From Breznakia blatticola (GTDB taxonomy: Bacteria > Bacillota_I > Bacilli_A > Erysipelotrichales > Erysipelotrichaceae): 8,909 nt of DNA. The notes beneath the pieces were generated by a model that searched no databases, was not told the DNA's origin, and saw only the letters and a list, made by a program, of their open reading frames with translations. The stretch is taken from contig NZ_SODD01000065.1 in NCBI RefSeq assembly GCF_004365815.1, positions 1 to 8,909 of the forward strand, given 5' to 3'. Every line of letters begins with the position of its first letter. Position 1 is the first letter of the stretch. Position numbers and translations under genes: made by a program. This document shows positions 1 to 7,564 of this stretch, piece by piece.

Positions 1-85
1 ATTTGACTAGCTTTTAGTCATACTTTTGCAATTGCTGGTTCATTTGTTTTGACTAGATTTTTCAATTTCCTTTGCATTTGTCATG

Positions 86-3000
86 CTATTCTACAGTATT
101 ATCAACCATAGAACCGATATCATTTCCAGTAGCTTTATTTTTGAATGTAAAGTATTGTTTGTTACCACCACTAAGTGCTCCATTGAAGTCTACTTTGTAA
201 CTTCCTGCTGCTAAATCTTCAAATGCAAATGATCCATCTGCTTCTGTATTAACAGTTACAGTTGAACTTCCATCCATTTTAGTTAATGTTAACGCAACAT
301 TACTCATCATTTCGTCAGAATTATTGTAAATACCATCAAGGTCTTTATCTAGGAATAATTGTCCTTCAATGGAACCAATTTGTAGGATTGCTCCAACTCG
401 TGTTCCATTAATCCAACTTGCACTTCCAGCTTTAAAGTATGTGTAAGGCATAAAGTCATTTACTGCACCAAGTTTGGCAGCTCCTGCTCCAGTTACACTA
501 TTTGAATCTTCAGCAACTTCATAATCAAATGTCAATGTTGCTTTTTCATATGGATCCATTCCACCATCTAACACAACTTTAATCATTTGTGTATTTGCGG
601 TTGGTGTTGTTGACCATGTAATACCAGAAGTTGACGAATCACTTCCATCTGCTTTAATTTTAACTGTATCTAGAGTTGCATCATCACTATAATAAACTTT
701 ATATTTTGATTTCTTAGCTTCATTTACAGTGTCTTGATCTGTAACCTCAATATCTGCAGTACCTGTAACCTTCATGTCCCAAGTAAATGCATTATCTTGA
801 AATTCTGTCCCAACATTTCTTCCAGTTTTTGGTACTGGTAAGTATGTAACAAAGCTGTCAACACTAGTATCACGGTTGTTCATAACTTCAACAGTATATT
901 CACCTGCTGCACTTGGAGTAAATCCAACAGCAGAATCTGCATTTCCGTCATATGGTAGTTGACGTGATCCTCCAGTTGGAACTAAATATGTATCAATAAG
1001 TAATGACTTTTTATCATTGATGTTTAACACTGTATTTTGTTGTACCGAGAAAATAGAGTCAACAGTCGCATCTCCATTATTAACAATATCATTCACATCT
1101 AAGCTAGATTTATAGTCAGTACCTCTATACTTAGTGTTTGCCGCGGTCCACCAGCAATTATCTTTCCAATTGTAGCTTCCTGATGCAAGCAAACTTGCAG
1201 TGACATCACATGTTATTTCAATTTCACCATAATATTTACCATCAACATATCCACCTAAATACGTCTTTGTATCAATTTTAATGTATGTTTCTCCATTTTT
1301 CTCATATGGCTCTGAAACATTTATATTTACATTTTCACCATTTTGAGTTGCTTTAAAGTTACTATACGTTATATGTTTAGGGACTCTCAATATCATTGAA
1401 GGGTCTTTAGTTAAGGAAACGTACGATTCATTTGTTTCCCAAGTTAATCGCAAATTATGATTTATTGCAAATGAGAGTTTTCCAGTTTCTCCAGCATTAA
1501 GCGTTAGAGTTTCTGCTGTAGGATCATTTATTTGCTGAGAAATTATATTCGATTCATAGTTTACAGTTCCTGTGAATTCACTCACTGTTTCAGTGGCAGC
1601 CACTTTGTTTTCATCTAATGCGTAAGTACGAAGCTTAATTGTTCCCGTTGAAGAACTTTCATCTAGGCTTCCAATAACTTTATATTTATTACTGTGGTAG
1701 CCATTTAAAGGCACAATGCCAGTATTGTATCCCGCTTTAAATGTACCGATATTCACAGTAACTTTTTCGAAATACTCATTAGTATCAAGACCTTCTGTCT
1801 CTCTATTTACTCCATATTGGACTACACCGTCATTTGTGTCAACTTTATATAAGCTTGTTTCGACAATTCTATTTTTTGTTGTTGTATAAGTTACTACCGC
1901 TCCTGGATTTGAACCCGTTGGAAAAGTAATAGTATCTGCTAAATAATCCTCAATTGAGATATCTAACCATTGATTTTTTATTTCTTTAATCGTCGTTCCA
2001 TAAAGGTAGTATACAAGGTTTACCGACTTTTGGTTTTCAGCAATTTTTTTATACTCTACCGTATGTGCTCGTATTCCTAGTTTATCTTTAATTGCACTTT
2101 CATCAATCACATTGATTTTTAATCCAGTTGGTGCTAATCCGTTCATTATTGTTCCATCATAATATGTAAACTTCATGTCTGCTTTTTTTGATGCAACATA
2201 CGTTCCTGCTGTCAATTCATCTGTTTTTAGTCGAATTTGAATTATTCCAGTATCTCTGCCAGGGCTACAATTTTTGATTTTTACGATTGCATATCCTTCA
2301 GTATCATCATAACTAACAAGTTCTCCTTGAGCTACTGAATCAAATTTTGCCCCAATTGGATAGTAAATTTTATACTCCGCTTCTAATAGATATGGGTTAT
2401 GCGGATTACCAAGTCCCATAAACATCGGTGCAGTTAATAATGGAGTTGTGTCTCCTAACTTAGCTGTCGTATGTGCAACGGTTTGATTAAAATATGCACT
2501 CCCAGTTTTTGTATGCTTAACATTAACACTTGTTGATACACTTCCTAGAGACACTCCGTTTGCTTCAGCATCAACAACGATTGCATTAGCAAAGTTATCT
2601 TTATTTCCGTATGCTAAATATTCATCAGGTGTAACTTTTAAGCGTAGTTCATAACTTTCAACATCACCTTTAATTTTGTAACTTAACTTACCAGAATAAC
2701 TATCATAGTATGCACTTTTTGTAGGTAACTTCGCTACTGATTCTGTTAATACATCGTTAGGAGAAGGCATTGGTGTTTGCGTGATATCATTTTCGTTTTT
2801 GTTAAGTACAGGGTATGCAGCATATCTCATACCTTGAGGTAAGGTAATATTAAGATATCTTTCTGCCACTCCTGCTTGTTTTAAATCAACAGTAACAACT
2901 ACATCGTATGCTTGTCCGGCTTTCCAACCATTTAACTCTACATATTCAGGAATCTCAACAGTAACTTTGTCACTTGTTACTGGTGCAAGTGTTGGTAATA

Positions 3001-3457
3001 CACTATTGAATGGTGCAAATACTGAAGTTGCTTCATTTGTTGTAGTAACTTCAGGTTCTTTCACATCCTGAATACTTTCAGTTTCCACGTTAAAGACATA
3101 TTCTTTTTCTTCTGTCTCTTGCGTGTCTGGATTGTCGATTAAGTATTTTACCGTGAATTCATACACACCGTTGTTTTCCGCCACGTATTCGTATGTGTTT
3201 TCATCCGTTTTGCGTTCTGTTGCATCAGGATACACAATACTGATTACATTAACATCAGCGTGAATTGCATCAACTGTAAAATTGACGTATTCCTTATTCT
3301 CCTGTTCATTATATTCTTGTGTAAGGCTTACACTTACATCATCATTCGCTAACGCATCATCTTTTGCGAGAACGTCGGAGGAGAATACTCCCACCGATGT
3401 CACACACAAGACAAAGGCTAGTAATGACTTTAAAATTCTTTGAAAATTCTTATTCAT
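86..3457 (-). CDS. Large secreted beta-rich surface/adhesin-like protein (1123 aa) with a C-terminal SdrD-B/Cna-B-type domain and no recognisable anchor
   Basis: Uninterrupted 3372-nt ORF. SD GGGAGGG (complement of 3465-3471) lies 7 nt upstream of the ATG. N-terminal Sec signal peptide: MNKNFQRILKSLLAFVLCVTSVGVFSSDVLA|KDD. The body is rich in Thr/Asn/Val/Tyr with recurring G-x-Y-x-V strand motifs (NGVYEFTV, AGTYVASK, AGEYTVEV). The last ~97 aa (nt 89-379), GQLFLDKDLDGIYNNSDE...TEADGSFAFEDLAAGSYKVDF, fit the SdrD-B/Cna-B pattern. There is no C-terminal LPXTG plus hydrophobic tail, no C-terminal TM, and no WxL, LysM, SLH or choline-binding repeats that I can recognise. Confidence 0.9.
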   Translation of the reverse strand: MNKNFQRILKSLLAFVLCVTSVGVFSSDVLAKDDALANDDVSVSLTQEYNEQENKEYVNFTVDAIHADVNVISIVYPDATERKTDENTYEYVAENNGVYEFTVKYLIDNPDTQETEEKEYVFNVETESIQDVKEPEVTTTNEATSVFAPFNSVLPTLAPVTSDKVTVEIPEYVELNGWKAGQAYDVVVTVDLKQAGVAERYLNITLPQGMRYAAYPVLNKNENDITQTPMPSPNDVLTESVAKLPTKSAYYDSYSGKLSYKIKGDVESYELRLKVTPDEYLAYGNKDNFANAIVVDAEANGVSLGSVSTSVNVKHTKTGSAYFNQTVAHTTAKLGDTTPLLTAPMFMGLGNPHNPYLLEAEYKIYYPIGAKFDSVAQGELVSYDDTEGYAIVKIKNCSPGRDTGIIQIRLKTDELTAGTYVASKKADMKFTYYDGTIMNGLAPTGLKINVIDESAIKDKLGIRAHTVEYKKIAENQKSVNLVYYLYGTTIKEIKNQWLDISIEDYLADTITFPTGSNPGAVVTYTTTKNRIVETSLYKVDTNDGVVQYGVNRETEGLDTNEYFEKVTVNIGTFKAGYNTGIVPLNGYHSNKYKVIGSLDESSSTGTIKLRTYALDENKVAATETVSEFTGTVNYESNIISQQINDPTAETLTLNAGETGKLSFAINHNLRLTWETNESYVSLTKDPSMILRVPKHITYSNFKATQNGENVNINVSEPYEKNGETYIKIDTKTYLGGYVDGKYYGEIEITCDVTASLLASGSYNWKDNCWWTAANTKYRGTDYKSSLDVNDIVNNGDATVDSIFSVQQNTVLNINDKKSLLIDTYLVPTGGSRQLPYDGNADSAVGFTPSAAGEYTVEVMNNRDTSVDSFVTYLPVPKTGRNVGTEFQDNAFTWDMKVTGTADIEVTDQDTVNEAKKSKYKVYYSDDATLDTVKIKADGSDSSTSGITWSTTPTANTQMIKVVLDGGMDPYEKATLTFDYEVAEDSNSVTGAGAAKLGAVNDFMPYTYFKAGSASWINGTRVGAILQIGSIEGQLFLDKDLDGIYNNSDEMMSNVALTLTKMDGSSTVTVNTEADGSFAFEDLAAGSYKVDFNGALSGGNKQYFTFKNKATGNDIGSMVDNTVE

Positions 3458-3508
3458 TTTCTATCCCTCCCGTGGTTGCTGAAAAACCATACTGATATGG
3501 TCTTTGCA

Positions 3509-3537
3509 TTTATATAGTAACAATGCCTATTTTTCAA
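3509..3537 (-). promoter_or_regulatory. Candidate sigma-A-type promoter for the 1123-aa gene (TTGAAA-17 nt-TATAAA)
   Basis: Minus strand reads TTGAAA (3537-3532), a 17-nt spacer, then TATAAA (3514-3509), about 50 nt upstream of the ATG at 3457. Called by consensus matching only. Confidence 0.45.
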
Positions 3538-3590
3538 TACAAACACGTTTAAATATAGATTATTAAGATTATGTCATTCCGATTTTTCGT

Positions 3591-3631
3591 CTTTAAAAAG
3601 CAAAAGAAAAGGACATAAATGACATCCTTTT
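3591..3631 (-). terminator. Weak candidate intrinsic terminator after the 211-aa gene
   Basis: A 7-bp stem AAAAGGA/TCCTTTT (3607-3613 pairs with 3625-3631) with an 11-nt loop begins 15 nt after the stop codon. On the minus strand it is followed by CTTTTGCTTTTTAAAG. The stem is AU-rich and weak, so read-through into the 1123-aa gene is possible. Confidence 0.3.
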
Positions 3632-3645
3632 ATCATTTATATCCA

Positions 3646-4281
3646 TTATTTTTCATAAAGTATTTGTTGGCTAGCGTGCAATTGTTTTTGCAAATAAAAG
3701 CTTACAACTAATATCAAGATTATAGGTAATATACTCATTCCAACTGCAATACTGGTAATTGACCAACGATTGCTTTGATGTTCTTCTGATAGATAAATCG
3801 CTAATGTTTCAAAGGACATTTTACTAACTTGTCCCTCGTATACATTTGCTTGTATCGATGTATTTTTCTTGGTAGAAAATGTAACTACATAAGCAACTTG
3901 TGATTCATTTGATTTTTTAACCATTACTTTTGTAATTGGTACTGACTTTCCATCAATTAAACTCCATGCACGTACATTCGCCTTATTGATCAGTTCTTTA
4001 TTTGAAAGATTTTGTATTGTATTTGGTTGTATACGTATATCACTTGCATCTATTCCTTCTTGATTTTTTTCATTAATCTTTGATTTAGGAAATGTGATAG
4101 TTGTTTTAATGTATCGAGTGACTTCATTTCCAGGCTCACCTACTTGTACTTTGATAAAGTATGTACCTGGTTTTTTTATTGATTCAGGATCTGTACTTTC
4201 TACATCCTCCTCATTTGCTAATACAGGAACCATGAAACTAAGTAATATGAAACAAATAGTTATCAACTTACCAAATTTCAT
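3646..4281 (-). CDS. Type-I membrane protein (211 aa): cleavable signal peptide, Ig-like ectodomain, C-terminal TM anchor. Function unknown; possible kinase accessory protein
   Basis: The start ATG overlaps the kinase stop codon (ATGA at 4278-4281), and there is no independent SD, which indicates translational coupling. Signal peptide: MKFGKLITICFILLSFMVPVLA|NEED. The ectodomain has beta-strand motifs (KKPGTYFIKVQVGEPGNEVTRYIKTTITF; VRAWSLIDGKSVPITKVMV...AYVVTFS). C-terminal hydrophobic helix ITSIAVGMSILPIILILVVSFYL is followed by a basic/polar tail QKQLHASQQILYEK. No LPXTG motif. Confidence 0.8.
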   Translation of the reverse strand: MKFGKLITICFILLSFMVPVLANEEDVESTDPESIKKPGTYFIKVQVGEPGNEVTRYIKTTITFPKSKINEKNQEGIDASDIRIQPNTIQNLSNKELINKANVRAWSLIDGKSVPITKVMVKKSNESQVAYVVTFSTKKNTSIQANVYEGQVSKMSFETLAIYLSEEHQSNRWSITSIAVGMSILPIILILVVSFYLQKQLHASQQILYEK

Positions 4282-5669
4282 TTGGCATCATGTCTAGGTA
4301 ATAAAATTGTAATCATTACCTTTTCTCCTTCTATTGATAGTTCATATGTTCCACTTAATAAGTTTGTTAGATCCTTGATAAGAAAGAGTCCATTTCCACT
4401 GCTATACACGTGTTCTTTTCCACTATCTACTTCAACAGCATTAAATAGTTGTTCACTACTTTTCATTCTCTTAATATTCTCTTGCGAACTTATATTTTCA
4501 AAGACGAGTTTTAATTGTGTATCCTTTTGTTCCATATATATAGATAATTCTGATTTTGCGGATGCATATTTCATCATATTGGACATCAAGTTATGAATTA
4601 GTAATTGCACAGTAGATTTATTGAAGTTACCAACTAGTTTCTCAGGTACAGATACATTTAGTGAGAACTGTTTACTTTCTAACGTTTTTGAAAACAATTT
4701 AATTGCATCCACTACAACTGCGACAAAATCAACATCTGTAGTTTCTGCTTTAACATTATAGAAGTTACCCTTCATAATCGCTAATACTTCATTTACATTT
4801 TTCATGAGTTTCTCACTTAGTTCGATATTCATTTTTGCGATTTGTTTCGTAGTTAGTTGTTCATTAGACATACTATATTCATTCTCCAAGATCAATTGAT
4901 GTACTGGAGTTTTCAAATCATGAATAAACGATCGCGAAACAATTATTGTATTATTGAGTCGTTCTCGTTCCAATTGTAATTGCTGTTCTAAAATCGTATG
5001 TTTTCGTGATACGGCATGTATATTATTTTCCAACTTTTTCGCAAAAGCTTCTAACTCACGATTGACATTATCTTCGCTTGAACCAAGATTCTCAAAATCA
5101 TAAGTTTCTAACTTAGAAACTGAATCGCGAACTCGTTTTAATGGAAGCAGTAAGTTTCTACCTAATACAAATATGCCAATTGTAATAAATACAAATGCTC
5201 CTACAAGTATCATTGATTGATTCACTAGATACGATTCTAAATTCTCGTTTCCCTTCATCTGATATAAGCCATACCAGAAGATTATGTTCTCATCATCTTT
5301 TTCATAAAATCCTTCAGCTTCTTCAAGTAATGCATCTTTATTTAAATATCCCATATATGAGGATGCATTCATAGGTAAACTTTTATATAAAACTTCATTT
5401 TGTTCGTTGCGTACAACAAGTTCCATTGGATATTTCTTGATGACTTTTTCTGCTTGTTTTGTATAATCACTTGGATTTTGTTCGAATAATGCTTCTAATG
5501 CTTTTTCAGCATCTTGAATATAGACAAGTTCATTTTCTCTATATACTTCCTCTAAATTAAGGAAATTATAGATAAACATTCCCATACACATGACATACCC
5601 AACAATAAGTACACCCGTTACTATTTTTAATGTATGTTTATTATTCATTCCATTTGTATCCAAATCCAC
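4278..5669 (-). CDS. Sensor histidine kinase (HisKA + HATPase_c) with two TM helices and an extracytoplasmic loop of ~115 aa
   Basis: H-box SFIHDLKTPVHQL (His250, codon 4920-4922). N-box LLIHNLMSNMMKYA. G2-like box SSGNGLFLIKDL. TM1 is about residues 14-36 (LKIVTGVLIVGYVMCMGMFIYNF) and TM2 about residues 152-171 (MILVGAFVFITIGIFVLG). The ORF-track start at 5669 is a GTG with no SD. An ATG at 5648 (MNNKHTL...) overlaps the upstream regulator's last codons by 8 nt and is an equally plausible start. Confidence 0.9.
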   Translation of the reverse strand: MDLDTNGMNNKHTLKIVTGVLIVGYVMCMGMFIYNFLNLEEVYRENELVYIQDAEKALEALFEQNPSDYTKQAEKVIKKYPMELVVRNEQNEVLYKSLPMNASSYMGYLNKDALLEEAEGFYEKDDENIIFWYGLYQMKGNENLESYLVNQSMILVGAFVFITIGIFVLGRNLLLPLKRVRDSVSKLETYDFENLGSSEDNVNRELEAFAKKLENNIHAVSRKHTILEQQLQLERERLNNTIIVSRSFIHDLKTPVHQLILENEYSMSNEQLTTKQIAKMNIELSEKLMKNVNEVLAIMKGNFYNVKAETTDVDFVAVVVDAIKLFSKTLESKQFSLNVSVPEKLVGNFNKSTVQLLIHNLMSNMMKYASAKSELSIYMEQKDTQLKLVFENISSQENIKRMKSSEQLFNAVEVDSGKEHVYSSGNGLFLIKDLTNLLSGTYELSIEGEKVMITILLPRHDAK

Positions 5670-6312
5670 GGATTGTTACTAGCGTGAATATATGTAACTT
5701 ATCGCGTAGATTTTTTATATGCACATCAACTACACGAGGTTCTACATCATTACTATCCATCATCCAGACTTTTTCAATGATTTCTTCTCTTGATAATACA
5801 TTCCCCTTATTTTCAAGAAACAATGCAAGCAACTCATATTCTTTACGAGTCAAATTTACACATTCATGGTCCTTATATACTTGATGTGTCTTTTGATTCA
5901 ATTCAATTTGATTCGCTTTTGAATAAAGAATATGATTTTCTTCAATTGGTTGTTTTCGTTCTAATACCAAACGAATGTATGTGAGAATTACTTGGATCCC
6001 CTTTTCTTTGACCATGTACAAATCAATCTGGTTGTTAATGGAATCTACTTCACTTTCATCATCTGGTTTTCCAGTTAATATTATAGTTTTTACATTTGGT
6101 TGAATACTTTTCGCGGCTTTTGTAAATCGTACACCATTCATATTTGGCATAACTAAATCTGATATAACTAAATCGTACGTATCTTTTGCTAATTGTTCAA
6201 TTCCATCGATTGGATTCTCACATGTGTCTACATGATATCCATGTTCAGTTAACAGCTTTGTAAGGAATTGACCATACGAACGATCATCTTCGACAAGTAA
6301 TATATGTTCCAT
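5641..6312 (-). CDS. OmpR/PhoB-family response regulator (receiver + winged-helix DNA-binding domain), canonical
   Basis: Receiver motifs: LLVEDD, YDLVISDLVMPNMNG (acceptor Asp55 in ORF-track numbering), IILTG, YMVKEK. C-terminal wHTH: LTRKEYELLALFLENKGNVLSREEIIEKVW...RVVDVHIKNLRDKL...IRGFGYKWNE. The ORF track begins at 6321, but that ATG lies inside the SD-like AAAGGATGG. The ATG at 6312 has 8-nt spacing from AAGGA and is the preferred start. The gene overlaps the 5' end of the kinase gene. Confidence 0.93.
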   Translation of the reverse strand: MEHILLVEDDRSYGQFLTKLLTEHGYHVDTCENPIDGIEQLAKDTYDLVISDLVMPNMNGVRFTKAAKSIQPNVKTIILTGKPDDESEVDSINNQIDLYMVKEKGIQVILTYIRLVLERKQPIEENHILYSKANQIELNQKTHQVYKDHECVNLTRKEYELLALFLENKGNVLSREEIIEKVWMMDSNDVEPRVVDVHIKNLRDKLHIFTLVTIRGFGYKWNE

Positions 6313-6346
6313 AATCACCATCCTTTCTTTTGTACTTTATTTCATT

Positions 6347-7564
6347 TTATTGATTGTTTGTTACACGTTCATAAATTTCATCCCATGTCATTCTTGTTTG
6401 AAAACGATAAAAACGAGGTGTTGATGCATATGCCAATTGCACATGTGAAATTTGTACACTATTTCCTTCAAATCCTCCATGCACTGCTTGATTCGCCCCA
6501 ACATAAATTGCAACATGAGCACTTCCAAAACCTGCATCATCATAATAAACTAAATCACCTGGTTTAATTTGACTCTCACTTAAAGATGTAGCCAATTCGG
6601 GAAAATGTCGCGCATCAATTACATCAAGCAATTGATGATTTCCTGTAATTATACCTGCATCTACTAGTGCATATGTAACAAGTTGTTCACTTGTTAGTTG
6701 TTCTCCTTGTTTAGCTAATGCTGCATTTGCAACTGCATTTTTTGTAGTTGTAATTGGAGCTTCAATAAATTCATTTCCCAAACGTTTGTCTACTTCATAA
6801 TATCCATCGTCTGGAGCAATACTAGCTAACCCTTGTTTTTCAGTAGCCAGTTGCATTGCTAAGTCACCCATTTTAGATCCTGTTGCTCCTGCTGCAAGTT
6901 CTTGTTCTTGAATTAGCTCATCCTCACCAACTACTTCGATATTGTATGAAACTACTGTTGTTAAATAGCTATGGTCAATTGCCATAACATTTACTTCATA
7001 AGTACCTAATCGACTTGTATCTACATTGGAATATAACATTGCATATCCATATGTGTCTCTTTGAGATTTATAAGCTTGTACATCTTGATTTGAAACATAT
7101 ACATTTTTATGTTCTTGTAAATATTTTTTTGCCATTTCACTTCTTGTACGTTCAAATGTCTCTTGATCAACAATCATCACTTTGTGCATAGTTCCATCAA
7201 TTTCATCTGAGATTGTGTGTAGGTTTCCTTCCACCATAAAATCTTGATTCAAATGAATCTTCTTTGTCGTAGTTGCTTCTTGCAACAATTCAATTTTTGG
7301 GTTTGTTGTATCGCTCACAATTACAGATTTTTCGTATTTCGTATCTGCTTCTTCCCACTTTACAACATACGTTCCTGGTAGTTTCGTATCTACATCTATA
7401 GATAACACATTTGCATCATTTGGAATATCTAAGTGTTCTTTTGCATCAAAAAAACTCCCATATTCTATTTCGCAAATATCTTCGCGATCTTTTAGATTCA
7501 CATAAAAAATTGTGCATACCAGTCCAACGAGTATGCTCCCCATTACAATTGTTGTTTTCTTCAT
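6347..7564 (-). CDS. N-terminally membrane-anchored protein (405 aa) with Ig-like (DUF5011-style) modules and a C-terminal NlpC/P60-like domain lacking the catalytic Cys
   Basis: SD GAGGG lies 6 nt upstream of the ATG. N-terminal signal-anchor: KKTTIVMGSILVGLVCTIFYV. Ig-like strand motifs: EIEYGSFFD...VDTKLPGTYVVKWEE...VIVSDTTNPKIEL and VDTSRLGTYEVNVMAID...YNIEVV. The C-terminal ~120 aa match the NlpC/P60 layout: KPGDLVYYDD....SAHVAIYVGANQAVHGG, with His350 and His362 present. The position normally read as DCSG reads LTSEQ (Ser292). Only 34 nt separate its stop codon from the response-regulator start. Confidence 0.85.
   Translation of the reverse strand: MKKTTIVMGSILVGLVCTIFYVNLKDREDICEIEYGSFFDAKEHLDIPNDANVLSIDVDTKLPGTYVVKWEEADTKYEKSVIVSDTTNPKIELLQEATTTKKIHLNQDFMVEGNLHTISDEIDGTMHKVMIVDQETFERTRSEMAKKYLQEHKNVYVSNQDVQAYKSQRDTYGYAMLYSNVDTSRLGTYEVNVMAIDHSYLTTVVSYNIEVVGEDELIQEQELAAGATGSKMGDLAMQLATEKQGLASIAPDDGYYEVDKRLGNEFIEAPITTTKNAVANAALAKQGEQLTSEQLVTYALVDAGIITGNHQLLDVIDARHFPELATSLSESQIKPGDLVYYDDAGFGSAHVAIYVGANQAVHGGFEGNSVQISHVQLAYASTPRFYRFQTRMTWDEIYERVTNNQ

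Noticed and set aside
2-56. 9-mer TTTGACTAG repeated at 2-10 and 48-56, with TAGTCA/TGACTA able to form alternative 6-bp hairpins (for example 4-20). TGACTAG also occurs at 8838-8844
   Set aside because: The repeat is only marginally unlikely by chance in this composition. The stems are short, and the element is cut by the window edge. It could be part of the giant gene's terminator, but this cannot be supported from what is visible.
40-84. 14-codon ORF (MTNAKEIEKSSQNK) starting 1 nt after the stop codon of the giant gene
   Set aside because: It has no SD, is very short and has no distinctive features. It is most likely chance.
821-841. Internal LPVPKTG in the 1123-aa protein that resembles a sortase LPXTG motif
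   Set aside because: It lies at residues 873-879, about 245 residues from the C-terminus. Soluble sequence follows (RNVGTEFQDN...), with no hydrophobic segment or basic tail, so it is not a sorting signal.
4094-4596. Plus-strand ORFs of 67 aa (4094-4297) and 104 aa (4282-4596)
   Set aside because: They lie entirely antisense to the strongly supported 211-aa and kinase genes. Their products are low-complexity and Ser/Phe/Ile-rich, with no SD. These are typical shadow ORFs in AT-rich DNA.
5630-6567. Plus-strand ORFs at 5630-5884, 5790-5984 and 6304-6567 (the last is His-rich)
   Set aside because: They are antisense to the response-regulator and p60-like genes. The His-rich composition is a by-product of the opposite-strand codons. 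They have no RBS and no recognisable motifs.
2183-7130. Homopolymeric T7/A7 runs inside coding regions (about 2044, 2185, 4065, 4172 and 7126) as possible phase-variation tracts
   Set aside because: Runs of 7 are common in AT-rich genomes and are below the lengths usually associated with slipped-strand switching. All of the reading frames are intact.
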